This document shows, piece after piece, positions 19,515 through 29,103 of a DNA stretch of 56,452 nucleotides. The translations under genes and the position numbers were made by a program. This stretch comes from Corynebacterium sp. (GTDB lineage Bacteria; Actinomycetota; Actinomycetes; Mycobacteriales; Mycobacteriaceae), in NCBI RefSeq assembly GCF_012838985.1, contig NZ_DUOE01000050.1, positions 1-56,452 on the forward strand, in the 5' to 3' direction. The notes under the pieces were generated by a model. The model did no database searches, had not been told where the DNA came from, and saw only the letters and a list, made by a program, of their open reading frames with translations. Every line of letters starts with the position of its first letter. The first letter of the stretch is position 1.

Positions 19515-21191
19515 ATGAGCATGGCCCCTCAGACCTCCCAGCCGGGAAAGGTCGTCTTCGTCGGTGCAGGCCCCGGTAACCCCGATCTGCTGACCGTGCG
19601 AGCCCGCGAGGTACTCGCCGGCACGACCATCGCAGTGACCGACCCAGGCGTGCTCACCGGCGTACGCGAGGTGCTCGCCTCGGCGCTGCCCGTCCCCCAG
19701 GAGCGTCTCGACGCCGCCGAGGCCGAGTACGAGCGCATCTGCGCGGAGGCCAAGGCCGCGGGTGCCCGCCGCCGACCCCCGCGCCCGCCGGCCCCGACCG
19801 CCGCGGACGTCCGTGAGGTCGTGGAGGGTGGCACGGCGGACGTCGTGAAGCAGCTGTCCGACGCCCTCGCCGAGAACAACGGCGACGTCATCCGCCTGGT
19901 GACCGGCAACCCGCTCACCCGTGACCAGACGATGGCGGAGATCGCCGCCGTCGCCGCCGCCGGACTGGAGTTCCAGGTCGTGCCGGGCATGTCCCTGCCC
20001 TCGACCGTGCCGTCCTTCGCCGGCATCGCACTCGGCTCGACCTACACCGAGACCGACGTCACCGAGAACAACGTCGACTGGGACCAGCTCGCCTCCGCCC
20101 CGCAGCCGCTCGTGCTGCAGGCCACCGCAGACGACCTGCCGACCATCGCCGCGGAACTCACTGAACGGGGCATGGGACCCGAGACCCCCGTCTCCGTCAC
20201 CGTCAACGGCACCACCCGCCTGCAGCGCACCCACGACGTCACCCTGGGCACCCTCGGCCGCCTCGACGCGGAAATGCCCGGCCAGCTCGTGGTCACCCTG
20301 GGCAAGGGCGTCGACGACCGCACCAAGTACTCCTGGTGGGAGAACCGCCCGCTCTACGGCTGGCGCGTGCTCGTGCCGCGCACCAAGGAGCAGGCCGCGT
20401 CGATGAGCGCCCGACTCTCCGGCTACGGCGCGATCCCGCAGGCCGTGCCGACGATCTCCGTCGAGCCGCCCCGCAACCCGGCGCAGATGGAGCGCGCCAT
20501 CAAGGGCATCGTCGAGGGCCGCTACCAGTGGGTCGTGTTCACCTCCGTCAACGCCGTCTCCGCGGTGTGGGAGAAGATCGTCGAGTTCGGCCTCGACGCC
20601 CGCTCCTTCGCAGGTGTCCGCCTGGCGGCCGTCGGCACGAAGACCGCCAAGGCCATCAGCGACCTGGGCATGACCCCCGAGCTGCTGCCGGCCGTGACCG
20701 AGCAGAACGCCGCGGGCATCGTCAAGGTGTTCCCCGAGTACGTCGAGGACCTCGACCCCGTCGGGCGCGTCCTGCTGCCGCGGGCGGACATCGCCACCGA
20801 CGTCCTCGTCGACGGACTCGTCGACCTGGGCTGGGAGGTCGACGACGTCGTCGCCTACCGCACCGTCCGGGCCGCCCCGCCGTCCGCCGACATCCGCGAG
20901 ATGATCAAGTCCGGTGGCTTCGACGCCGTCTGCTTCACTTCGTCCTCGACGGTGAAGAATCTCGTCGGCATCGCCGGTAAGCCGCACCCGCGCACCATCA
21001 TCGCGTGCATCGGTCCCATGACCGAGGCCACCGCGAAGGAGATGGGCCTGCGCGTCGACGTGGTCCCGGAGATCGCCGAGGTCCCGGAACTCGTCGACGC
21101 TCTCGCGGACCACGTCGCCGGACTGCGTGCCGCCGGGCAGCTGCCGCCGCCGCGCAAGAAGCGCCGCACGCGCCGGAAGACGACCTCCTAG
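19515..21191 (+). CDS. hemD: Bifunctional uroporphyrinogen-III C-methyltransferase-like/uroporphyrinogen-III synthase
   Basis: FVGAGPGNPDLLT N-terminal domain; WWENRPLYG linker; HemD domain (VFTSVNAV, FTSSSTV, CIGPMT). Confidence 0.92.
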   Translation: MSMAPQTSQPGKVVFVGAGPGNPDLLTVRAREVLAGTTIAVTDPGVLTGVREVLASALPVPQERLDAAEAEYERICAEAKAAGARRRPPRPPAPTAADVREVVEGGTADVVKQLSDALAENNGDVIRLVTGNPLTRDQTMAEIAAVAAAGLEFQVVPGMSLPSTVPSFAGIALGSTYTETDVTENNVDWDQLASAPQPLVLQATADDLPTIAAELTERGMGPETPVSVTVNGTTRLQRTHDVTLGTLGRLDAEMPGQLVVTLGKGVDDRTKYSWWENRPLYGWRVLVPRTKEQAASMSARLSGYGAIPQAVPTISVEPPRNPAQMERAIKGIVEGRYQWVVFTSVNAVSAVWEKIVEFGLDARSFAGVRLAAVGTKTAKAISDLGMTPELLPAVTEQNAAGIVKVFPEYVEDLDPVGRVLLPRADIATDVLVDGLVDLGWEVDDVVAYRTVRAAPPSADIREMIKSGGFDAVCFTSSSTVKNLVGIAGKPHPRTIIACIGPMTEATAKEMGLRVDVVPEIAEVPELVDALADHVAGLRAAGQLPPPRKKRRTRRKTTS

Positions 21192-21206
21192 TCCCGGAAG
21201 CCTCAC

Positions 21207-21305
21207 GCGCCTGTCTCAACCTGTCGAATCTGTTCTCGAGGGCATCCCGCGACCTGCGGAGACGATGACCCCGTCCAGACAGAATCGACAGGTTGAGACA
21301 GGCGC
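21207..21305. repeat. 99-bp palindromic intergenic element (REP/MITE-like)
   Basis: 27-bp terminal inverted repeat with 1 mismatch: GCGCCTGTCTCAACCTGTCGAATCTGT ... ACAGAATCGACAGGTTGAGACAGGCGC. Confidence 0.8.
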
Positions 21306-21411
21306 TTCCGGCATCAGGCGCATGCACTCCTGAATTCGTGGGAGCAGGCGAGCGCCTATGATGGCGGGGAACACCGACTGACCCACTTTTCCGGAAGGAC
21401 CAGCGCCCGCT

Positions 21412-22431
21412 GTGACTGACCAGTCCACCCCTTTCCTGTCTGTGCCCACCCGTCGCCCGCGCCGCCTGCGCTCGAACCCGGCGATGCGTGAGCTCGTCGC
21501 GGAGACGGCTCTGCGCCCGGCGGATCTCATCCTGCCGATGTTCATCGCCGACGGCATCGACGCCCCGCGTGCGATCTCCTCGATGCCGGGCGTGCAGCAG
21601 CACACCCTGGACTCCCTCAAGCGCGCCGCCCACGAGGCCCTCGAGGCCGGGGTGCGTTGCGTCGACCTGTTCGGCGTGCCGCTCGACGAGGACAAGGACG
21701 CCGACGGCACCCCCTCCTGCCGGGAGGACGGCGTGCTCAACCGCGCGCTGGTCGCCATGCGTGAGGAGTTCGGCGATGACCTGCTGCTCATGGCGGACAC
21801 CTGCCTCGACGAGTTCACCGACCACGGCCACTGCGGTGTCGTGCGGGAGGACAGGTGGGGGCGGGCGGTCGTCGACAATGACGTCACGCTGGACCTCTAC
21901 CAGAAGATGGCGGTCGCGCAGGCCGACGCCGGCGCCCACATCGTCAGCCCCTCCGGCATGATGGACGGCCAGATCCTGGCCATCCGTGAGGCTCTCGACG
22001 CCGCCGGCCACGAGGATGTCTCGATCATGGCCTACTCCGCGAAGTACGCCTCCGCCTTCTACGGTCCGTTCCGTGAGGCCGTCGGGTCCTCCCTCGAGGG
22101 AGACCGTCGCACCTACCAGCAGGACCCGGCGAACCTCCGGGAGTCGCTGCTGGAGGCGGAGCTCGACATCGACGAGGGTGCCGACTTCATCATGGTCAAG
22201 CCGGCCATGCCCTACCTCGACGTGCTCGCCGCCGTCGCCCAGATGTCCCCGGTCCCGGTCGCCGCGTACCAGGTGTCCGGCGAGTACGCGATGCTGCAGG
22301 CCGCCGCCGCCAACGGCTGGCTGGATCTGGAGGCCGTGATGATGGAGTCGCTGACCTCCATCAAGCGTGCGGGTGCGAACCAGATCCTCACCTACTTCGC
22401 GACGGACGCGGCCCGACTGCTGAACCGCTGA
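21412..22431 (+). CDS. hemB: Porphobilinogen synthase
   Basis: [50 protein letters not shown]. Confidence 0.97.
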   Translation: MTDQSTPFLSVPTRRPRRLRSNPAMRELVAETALRPADLILPMFIADGIDAPRAISSMPGVQQHTLDSLKRAAHEALEAGVRCVDLFGVPLDEDKDADGTPSCREDGVLNRALVAMREEFGDDLLLMADTCLDEFTDHGHCGVVREDRWGRAVVDNDVTLDLYQKMAVAQADAGAHIVSPSGMMDGQILAIREALDAAGHEDVSIMAYSAKYASAFYGPFREAVGSSLEGDRRTYQQDPANLRESLLEAELDIDEGADFIMVKPAMPYLDVLAAVAQMSPVPVAAYQVSGEYAMLQAAAANGWLDLEAVMMESLTSIKRAGANQILTYFATDAARLLNR

Positions 22432-22994
22432 TGACGGACACCGAGAAGGACACCGGCACCGGGAAGAGGCCGGAGGCGATCCGCCTCATGCTGCTGTTGT
22501 TCGCGGTGGCGGTCGGCGGGGAGATCATCCACCAGATCCTCAACATCACCATCGGGTTCATGGACCCGTCCGCGCTCCTCGCCGCCGCGAAGGAGGCGAT
22601 GAGCGCGGAGCAGATCGCGGAGATCTCCGAGAGCGGTCTCCGGACCACGGTCATGGCGTCGATGCTGCTGGCCGGTGGTCTGGGCATCGCCGTGATGGGC
22701 CTGCTGGCGTTCATGCTGGTGCTCATCCACCGACGCTCCAGCTACGCGGGGCTGGCGCGCCGCATGCTGCTGGTGTTCGGCTTCTACTTCGGCTTCCGCA
22801 TCCTCATGCTGTTCATGGCCAGCCCGGGCGGAAACAACGTACCCGTGGCAATGTATCTGGTGGACGGCAGCGTCCAGATCCTGGTGGGCGTGGCCGCTGT
22901 CCTGGGTCTGATCTTCTCCTTCCGGGAGGAGACCCTGAAGTGGACCCGTGAGATCGACGCATCCGGCAGACGGATTGACCCGCGAAGGAAGTGA
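22431..22994 (+). CDS. Hypothetical 4-TM membrane protein
   Basis: TGATG overlap with hemB; four hydrophobic segments. Confidence 0.75.
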   Translation: MTDTEKDTGTGKRPEAIRLMLLLFAVAVGGEIIHQILNITIGFMDPSALLAAAKEAMSAEQIAEISESGLRTTVMASMLLAGGLGIAVMGLLAFMLVLIHRRSSYAGLARRMLLVFGFYFGFRILMLFMASPGGNNVPVAMYLVDGSVQILVGVAAVLGLIFSFREETLKWTREIDASGRRIDPRRK

Positions 22995-23010
22995 ACCGCC
23001 AGTGCCCAGC

Positions 23011-23502
23011 ATGTTCCCCGGTATGGTCCCCTCGCCGGACGACCCCAACCGCGGTCCCCGGCGGACGTCGTCCGCGGCCGGGTCGGGCACCTGGCCCGGC
23101 GCGCTGAAGTGGGGGTACTACGTCTCCGTGGCGGCCGCGATCCTCATGGTGGTCACCGGCCTGGTCGGGTTGGCGCACGATCACGGGGCGGATCCCGGGG
23201 TCAGTGCGGAGGTCGTCGACGCCTTCCACCGCAACGTGCGTTTCATCGGCGTCTACAACATCATCGCGGGTCTGACCGTCGCGGCCCTCGCGGCGCAGCT
23301 GAGGTCGGGTGGCAGGATCTCCCGCCGCATCCTGGTGGGTGTGTTCGCGCTCTCCATCTTCTTCAACATCGCGGCCTTCGCCATCCAGGTCAGCGGGTTG
23401 GCGGCTGTCGTGATCTGCGTGCTCCTCGGTGTGGCGGCCGTCATGATCTTCCGCCCGGACGCCAACGCCTACATCGCGCGGATGAGCAGCAGCAACGACT
23501 AG
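23011..23502 (+). CDS. Hypothetical 4-TM membrane protein
   Basis: Four hydrophobic segments; start uncertain (23002-23023). Confidence 0.7.
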   Translation: MFPGMVPSPDDPNRGPRRTSSAAGSGTWPGALKWGYYVSVAAAILMVVTGLVGLAHDHGADPGVSAEVVDAFHRNVRFIGVYNIIAGLTVAALAAQLRSGGRISRRILVGVFALSIFFNIAAFAIQVSGLAAVVICVLLGVAAVMIFRPDANAYIARMSSSND

Positions 23503-23512
23503 TCTGACGGGC

Positions 23513-26122
23513 ATGGACCGCAATGATCAGGTGACGTCGGCGCTCGAGGAGGCCCGGGCTGCGGCGCGGGCTGTCGGGATCGACGTCGACACCGGGCCGC
23601 TGCAGGTCGACGACGACCGCCCGAAGGTCTCCTACGCCTTTGAGCTGGAGGGACTCACCGACGCCCCCGACGTCGCCGACATCGAGGTGGCGCTGGAGGA
23701 GATCCCGGGTGTGCGGGCCCGGGTGGTGTTCCCCAAGGCGACCGTCTGGATCACCGCCCCCGACACCGTCGACCCGGATGACCTGGCGGCGGTGATCGCG
23801 TGCTTCGGTGTCCGCGCCACTCTCACCGACTCCTCGTTGCGCCGGCGCATCATGCGTCCGGACCCGGTGGAGCGGACGCGTCCGAAGGTCCGGGCCAGCC
23901 GACTTCCCTGGAAGTACCGTCGTCACCTCCAGGATGAGGAACGTAACCTGGAACGTGCCCGGCGCTCCGGCTTCCTGCTGGAGCAGGAGGAGCGGGAGCG
24001 GCTGGAGGCCGCCCAGCCGCGGGACCTGCTGTTCACGGCCCGGGATCTGCTCACCCCGACCCGTTTCATCGTCAGTCTCATCCTCGCGGTGCCGGTGCTG
24101 CTCATGTCCCACCTGCAGCCGCTCCAGTTCGACGGCTGGCAGTGGCTCTCCCTGGGGTTGGCGCTGCCGGTGGTGACCTGGGGTGCCTGGCCCTTCCACC
24201 GGGCGATGGTCGGTGGCGCGCGCCGCGGCCTGACGGCGTTGGACGCCGCCAGTTCGGTGGCGGTCATCGCGGCGACGATCTGGTCGATCGTCATGCTGTT
24301 GTTCACCCCGGCCGGTGACCTGGGCTGGAACTCGACGCCGCACTGGTTCGCGTTCCAGCAGCAGCGCATCGTCGACGGCGAGCTCTTCCTCGACGTGGCG
24401 TGCGGCATGACGGTGCTGCTCCTGGCGGGGCGGCTGCTCACGATGCGCACGCGCGTCAGTCTGCTCGAGGAGGTGGACTCCCGCAGGCCGGGGCCGCAGC
24501 ACATGGTGCTCGTGGCGCCGAAGACCCGGGCGGCGGGCACCCCGGCCCGCAGCCGCGCCGAGGAGGAGTGGATCCCTCTCCAGGAGGTCAACGTCGGCGA
24601 CGACATCATCATCCTGCCGGGGGAGCTCATCCCCGTGGACGGCACCGTGGTGGGTGGTTCGTGCACGGTCAACCGGGGGCTCATCAACACGGGCGGCCGG
24701 GACAACGAGCAGGTGAAGGTCAACTCCTACGTGCATGCGGGTTCCCGCAACCTGGACGGCCGGATCAAGGTCCGTGTCGTCCACACCGGGCACCGCACCC
24801 GCCTGGCGGCGATCCACCGCTGGGTGGAGGAGGCCAACATCAAGCAGCACCGGTCGACACTGCTGTCGACCCGGACCGCGGCCATGCTCATCCCGGCGGC
24901 GCTCAGCCTGGCGGCGCTGGATTTCCTGCTGTGGGTGCTCATCGCCGGCAACTTCAACGCGGCCTTCGCCACCTCCCTGGCGGTGCTCGCCTCCGTCGCC
25001 CCGGTGGCCCTGGCGCTGTCCCCGGCCCTGGCCATCCGCCACGGCATCGAGGCGGCGGCACGGCACGGGATCCTCATCCGGGACGGGGCGACGATCCGGC
25101 GGATGGAGATGGTCGACACGGTGATCTTCAACCGGGTGGGCACGTTGGCGGAGAACGTCATGACGGTGGAGTCCGTCACCGCCGCCCGCGGGGAGAACCC
25201 GGAGCTCATCCTCCGTGTCGCCGGTGCCCTGGCGCTCGAGTCCGATCACCCCGTCTCCCGGGCCCTGGTGAAGGCGGCCCGCGAGGCCCGTGACACCGGT
25301 GCCGGCGGTGACGACGTCCCGCACTGGATCGAGGTGGCGCACGCGGAGAGCGACGGCGCGGGCACCTTCCGCGGTCTCATCGAGCTGCCCGTGACCGCCC
25401 CCGACGGCACCGTCACCATGACCCAGGTCGAGGCCTCGCTGTGGCGTCCCCGCACCATGTCCGACCTGCACGGGCGCCTGGCGGCGGCGGTCGTCTCCGG
25501 CGGCACCCCCCTCGTGGTGCGTTGGAAGGGCCGGGACCGCGGGGTCATCAGCCTGCACGACACCGTCAAGGACGACGCCCAGGAGGCCGTCGAGCAGCTG
25601 GAGCAGCAGGGCATCGAGACGGTCATGCTCTCGCGGGACACGTACCCGGTGGCGCGTCGGTACGCGGACCGCATCGGTGTCTCCCAGGTGCTGGCGGGCA
25701 TCGCCCCGGCGAAGAAGCCGCAGACCGTCCGTGCCGTGCACACGCAGGGCGCGACGGTGGGCATGGTCGGCGACGTCTCCGTGCTGTCCTCCCTGCGGGT
25801 GGCGGACGTGGGCATCCTCGTCGGTGACGGTGACGCCGGCGACGAGGTCGACCAGATCACGCACTCCGGGCACCCGGACGTGGACGTCATCGTGCTGCGG
25901 CAGGACGTCTCCGCGATCCCGGAGCTCATCGCCCAGTCGCGCCGGGTGTGCCGCATCATCGACCAGAACATCCTCTTCTCCTGGGTCTACAACGGGGTGG
26001 CGCTGGTGGCCTCCGTGGCGGGTGTCCTGCACCCGATGGCGGCGACCGTCCTCATGCTCGGCTCCTCCCTCCTCATCGAGGCCCGCTCCAACAGCGCGCG
26101 TACTTTCCGGCGCGTCGTTTAG
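23513..26122 (+). CDS. P1B-type (heavy-metal) ATPase homolog with degenerate catalytic motifs
   Basis: HMA-like N-terminus, WGAWPFH, PGELIPVDG, SDHP, QNILFSWVYN, LHPMAA; FNRVGT in place of FDKTGT. Confidence 0.85.
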   Translation: MDRNDQVTSALEEARAAARAVGIDVDTGPLQVDDDRPKVSYAFELEGLTDAPDVADIEVALEEIPGVRARVVFPKATVWITAPDTVDPDDLAAVIACFGVRATLTDSSLRRRIMRPDPVERTRPKVRASRLPWKYRRHLQDEERNLERARRSGFLLEQEERERLEAAQPRDLLFTARDLLTPTRFIVSLILAVPVLLMSHLQPLQFDGWQWLSLGLALPVVTWGAWPFHRAMVGGARRGLTALDAASSVAVIAATIWSIVMLLFTPAGDLGWNSTPHWFAFQQQRIVDGELFLDVACGMTVLLLAGRLLTMRTRVSLLEEVDSRRPGPQHMVLVAPKTRAAGTPARSRAEEEWIPLQEVNVGDDIIILPGELIPVDGTVVGGSCTVNRGLINTGGRDNEQVKVNSYVHAGSRNLDGRIKVRVVHTGHRTRLAAIHRWVEEANIKQHRSTLLSTRTAAMLIPAALSLAALDFLLWVLIAGNFNAAFATSLAVLASVAPVALALSPALAIRHGIEAAARHGILIRDGATIRRMEMVDTVIFNRVGTLAENVMTVESVTAARGENPELILRVAGALALESDHPVSRALVKAAREARDTGAGGDDVPHWIEVAHAESDGAGTFRGLIELPVTAPDGTVTMTQVEASLWRPRTMSDLHGRLAAAVVSGGTPLVVRWKGRDRGVISLHDTVKDDAQEAVEQLEQQGIETVMLSRDTYPVARRYADRIGVSQVLAGIAPAKKPQTVRAVHTQGATVGMVGDVSVLSSLRVADVGILVGDGDAGDEVDQITHSGHPDVDVIVLRQDVSAIPELIAQSRRVCRIIDQNILFSWVYNGVALVASVAGVLHPMAATVLMLGSSLLIEARSNSARTFRRVV

Positions 26123-26167
26123 GCCCCAATTACCCCCGACTACAACTTTTGGACCACAATGGTGCAC

Positions 26168-27226
26168 ATGACTCGTCGTTCCATCCCCGATGCCCCGCTC
26201 CTTGCCGCTGCTGCCGGCCGTACCCCGTCCCGCACCCCGGTGTGGTTCATGCGTCAGGCAGGACGTTCGCTGCCCGAGTACCTGAAGGTCCGTGAGGGGA
26301 TCTCCATGCTGGACTCCTGCTTCATGCCGGAGCTCCTCGCGGAGATCACCATGCAGCCGGTCCGCCGCCATGACGTCGACGCCGCGATCCTCTTCTCCGA
26401 CATCGTCGTGCCGCTGCGTGCGGCCGGCGTCGGCGTGGAGATCGTCGCCGGTCGCGGCCCGGTGATGGACAAGGCCATCACCACCCGCGCCGACATCGAG
26501 GCCCTGCCGATCCTGGACCATGAGGTCACCGAGGTCACCGAAGGTATCGGCATCATCCTGGACGAGCTCCAGGACCACCAGGCCCTCATCGGTTTCGTCG
26601 GCGCCCCCTTCACCCTGGCCAGCTACCTGGTCGAGGGTGGCCCGAGCAAGAACCACGAGAAGACCAAGGCCATGATCCACGGTGAGCCGGACACCTGGCA
26701 CACCCTCATGGAGCGTCTGACCCCGACGATCGTCTCGTTCCTGCGCCAGCAGATCGACGCGGGCATCGACGCCATGCAGCTCTTCGACTCCTGGGCCGGT
26801 TTCCTCACCGAGCGTGACTACCGCGAGCACGTCCTGCCGTACTCCGTGGAGATCCTCAAGGAGATCGAGGGCGAGATCCCGCGCATCCACTTCGGTGTCG
26901 GCACCGGTGAGATCCTCGGCGCGATGTCCGAGGCCGGTTCCGAGGTCATGGGCGTCGACTGGCGTGTGCCGCTCGACGTCGCCGCCGAGCGCATCCACGC
27001 GGCCTCCGGCCCGAAGGTCCTGCAGGGCAACCTGGACCCGGCGATCCTGTTCGCTGGCCGGGAGGCCGTGACCTCCGAGGTCGCCCGCATCAAGGCCGAG
27101 GCGGCCCGTGCCATCGAGGCCGGTCACGCCACGTCCCACATCTTCAACCTGGGCCACGGCGTCCTGCCGAACACGAAGGCCGAGGACATCACCGAGGCCG
27201 TCGCCATCATCCACGAGGAGAACTAG
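26168..27226 (+). CDS. hemE: Uroporphyrinogen decarboxylase
   Basis: PVWFMRQAGRSLPEY, AAILFSDI, GAPFTLASY, QGNLDP, FNLGHG. Confidence 0.97.
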   Translation: MTRRSIPDAPLLAAAAGRTPSRTPVWFMRQAGRSLPEYLKVREGISMLDSCFMPELLAEITMQPVRRHDVDAAILFSDIVVPLRAAGVGVEIVAGRGPVMDKAITTRADIEALPILDHEVTEVTEGIGIILDELQDHQALIGFVGAPFTLASYLVEGGPSKNHEKTKAMIHGEPDTWHTLMERLTPTIVSFLRQQIDAGIDAMQLFDSWAGFLTERDYREHVLPYSVEILKEIEGEIPRIHFGVGTGEILGAMSEAGSEVMGVDWRVPLDVAAERIHAASGPKVLQGNLDPAILFAGREAVTSEVARIKAEAARAIEAGHATSHIFNLGHGVLPNTKAEDITEAVAIIHEEN

Positions 27227-27228
27227 CG

Positions 27229-28644
27229 GTGGAACCCACCAGGTACGCCATCATCGGCGCCGGCCTCGCCGGCCTGACCAGCGCCTACGAGATCCGCAAG
27301 GTGGATCCGAAGGCCGTCATCCATGTCTTCGAGGCGGAGGACCGCATCGGTGGCAAGCTGTTCACCGTGCCCTTCGACTCGGGTCCCACCGACATGGGCG
27401 CCGAGGCGTACCTGGCCCTGCGTTCCGACGCGACCGACTTCTTCACCGAGCTCGGCCTCGCCGATGACCTGGTCAGCCCTTCGGGGCTCCGGTCGCTCGT
27501 CTACTCCGACGGGGAGCTGCGGGGCCTGCCGGCCGGCGGCGTCATGGGCATCCCGTCCTCCTCCGGCCCGGTGGAGCACGTCGTCTCCGCGGAGACCGCG
27601 GCGCGTATCGACGCCGAATCCGACGCCCCCTCCATCGACTGGGAGGTGGGGGGCGACGTGAGCGTCGGAAAGCTCGTGTCGGAGCGTTACGGCGCGGAGG
27701 TCACCGACCGCATCGTCTCCGCCCTCCTGGGCGGCGTGTACTCCTGCGCGGCCGAGGACCTCGGTGTCCGGGCGACGGTGCCGCAGCTCGCGGAAGCCCT
27801 CGACGAGCTCGTCGAGACGGGGCAGCCGGTCACCCTGGCCGCCGCCGTGAAGATCTGCGAGGCACGCCGCACCCCGCGCGACCCGGGGGCGACCCCGGCG
27901 CCGGTGTTCGCCACCTTCCGGCACGGCTACGCGCAGGTCTACGAGACGCTGGCGGAGAAGTCCGGGGCGGACATCCACCTCGACGCCTTCGTCTCCTCCG
28001 TCACCCGTGACCTGCGTGGCTTCCACCTCAAGGGGCCGGGCGTGAACCCGGAGGAGCCGTATGACCGGCTCATCGTCGCCACCCCGGCGCCGACCACGGC
28101 ACCGCTGCTCAGGGACGTCGCCCCGGCGGCCTCCGCGGCGCTGAAGTCCGTGAAACTGGCGTCCTCGGCGGTGGTGGGCATGAAGTTCGACTCGGACGAG
28201 GGACTGCCGGAGAACTCCGGCGTGCTTGTGGCCATCGACGAGCCCGGCGTGCAGGCCAAGGCCTTCACCTTCTCCTCCCGCAAGTGGCCGCACATCGGCG
28301 AACGTGGCGGGGCGCTGGTCCGCGCCAGCTTCGGGCGCTTCGGCGACGACGCCCTGGTGCGCGCCGAGGAGGACCTGCTCGTCGACGCCGCCCTCGATGA
28401 CCTCCGGACGATCACCGGTTTCGACGGCCGCGCCGCCGGCCTGTCCGAGATCTACGTCCAGCGCTGGTTCGGTGGGCTCCCGCGTTACGACGAGACCCAC
28501 CTGGCCACCGTCGCCACGGTCCGGGAGGCCGTCGCGGAGGTCCCGGGACTCGAGGTCACCGGCGCGTGGGCCGGGGGAGTGGGCGTGCCCGCCGTCATCG
28601 ACGACGCACGCGCCGCCGTCGCCCGCGTGATCCAGGTAGGATAA
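27229..28644 (+). CDS. hemY: Coproporphyrinogen/protoporphyrinogen oxidase (HemY/CgoX)
   Basis: IIGAGLAGL, EAEDRIGG, DMGAEA, SSRKWP; follows hemE. Confidence 0.92.
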   Translation: MEPTRYAIIGAGLAGLTSAYEIRKVDPKAVIHVFEAEDRIGGKLFTVPFDSGPTDMGAEAYLALRSDATDFFTELGLADDLVSPSGLRSLVYSDGELRGLPAGGVMGIPSSSGPVEHVVSAETAARIDAESDAPSIDWEVGGDVSVGKLVSERYGAEVTDRIVSALLGGVYSCAAEDLGVRATVPQLAEALDELVETGQPVTLAAAVKICEARRTPRDPGATPAPVFATFRHGYAQVYETLAEKSGADIHLDAFVSSVTRDLRGFHLKGPGVNPEEPYDRLIVATPAPTTAPLLRDVAPAASAALKSVKLASSAVVGMKFDSDEGLPENSGVLVAIDEPGVQAKAFTFSSRKWPHIGERGGALVRASFGRFGDDALVRAEEDLLVDAALDDLRTITGFDGRAAGLSEIYVQRWFGGLPRYDETHLATVATVREAVAEVPGLEVTGAWAGGVGVPAVIDDARAAVARVIQVG

Positions 28645-28673
28645 ACGCCCGTAACCAGCCCGGAGTCCCGGGC

Positions 28674-28714
28674 CCGGACGAGGGAGCCGTACCCGGTGCT
28701 GCGACAAGACGGCC
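28674..28714 (+). ncRNA. Guanidine-III (ykkC-III) riboswitch
   Basis: CCGGACGAGGGAGCCGTACCCGGTGCTGCGACAAGACGGCC fits the class pattern CCGGACGAGG..GCCGUACCCGGU..GACAAGACGGC (pseudoknot GCCGT/ACGGC) and sits directly upstream of an SMR gene. Confidence 0.9.
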
Positions 28715-28739
28715 AAGAAGGTTCCCCGTGTCCGTCACC

Positions 28740-29054
28740 ATGTCCTGGATCATCCTCGTCCTCTCCGGAGCGTTCGAGGCGGTGTGGGCGATCGCGCTCG
28801 ACAGGTCCGTCGGGTTCACCCGCCTGTGGCCCTCGGTCGTGTTCTTCGCCGCGCTCTTCGTGTCGATGGGCGGCCTGGCGATCGCCCTCAAGCAGCTGCC
28901 CGTGGGCACCGCGTACGCGGTGTGGGTGGGCATCGGGGCGTCGATAGCCATCGTGTGGTCCTTTGCCACGGGGCAGGAGGCCTTCACCCTCCTCAAGGCC
29001 CTGTTCCTGACGATGATCATCGGCGGGATCATCGGACTGAAGGTGGTCAACTGA
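28740..29054 (+). CDS. gdx: SMR-family guanidinium exporter Gdx (SugE)
   Basis: [20 protein letters not shown] (Glu13), [14 protein letters not shown]; 104 aa, 4 TM; alternative GTG start at 28728. Confidence 0.9.
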   Translation: MSWIILVLSGAFEAVWAIALDRSVGFTRLWPSVVFFAALFVSMGGLAIALKQLPVGTAYAVWVGIGASIAIVWSFATGQEAFTLLKALFLTMIIGGIIGLKVVN

Positions 29055-29103
29055 CCGGGGGGAAAGTTTAACCCCGGTTGACCCCGGTCGTATGATGGTG
29101 GCC

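Noticed and set aside
19515-20330. Divergent methyltransferase domain of the HemD fusion (RLVTGNP versus RLKGGDP)
   Set aside because: Usual for actinobacterial CysG-HemD fusions as far as I know; nothing locus-specific.
21800-21835. HemB metal motif [11 protein letters not shown] lacking the second Cys
   Set aside because: A known actinobacterial variant.
23441-27214. 1257-aa minus-strand ORF and many other long antisense ORFs (e.g. 574-2556, 2370-4262, 32395-34284)
   Set aside because: Shadow frames of real genes, expected in high-GC DNA; no recognisable motifs.
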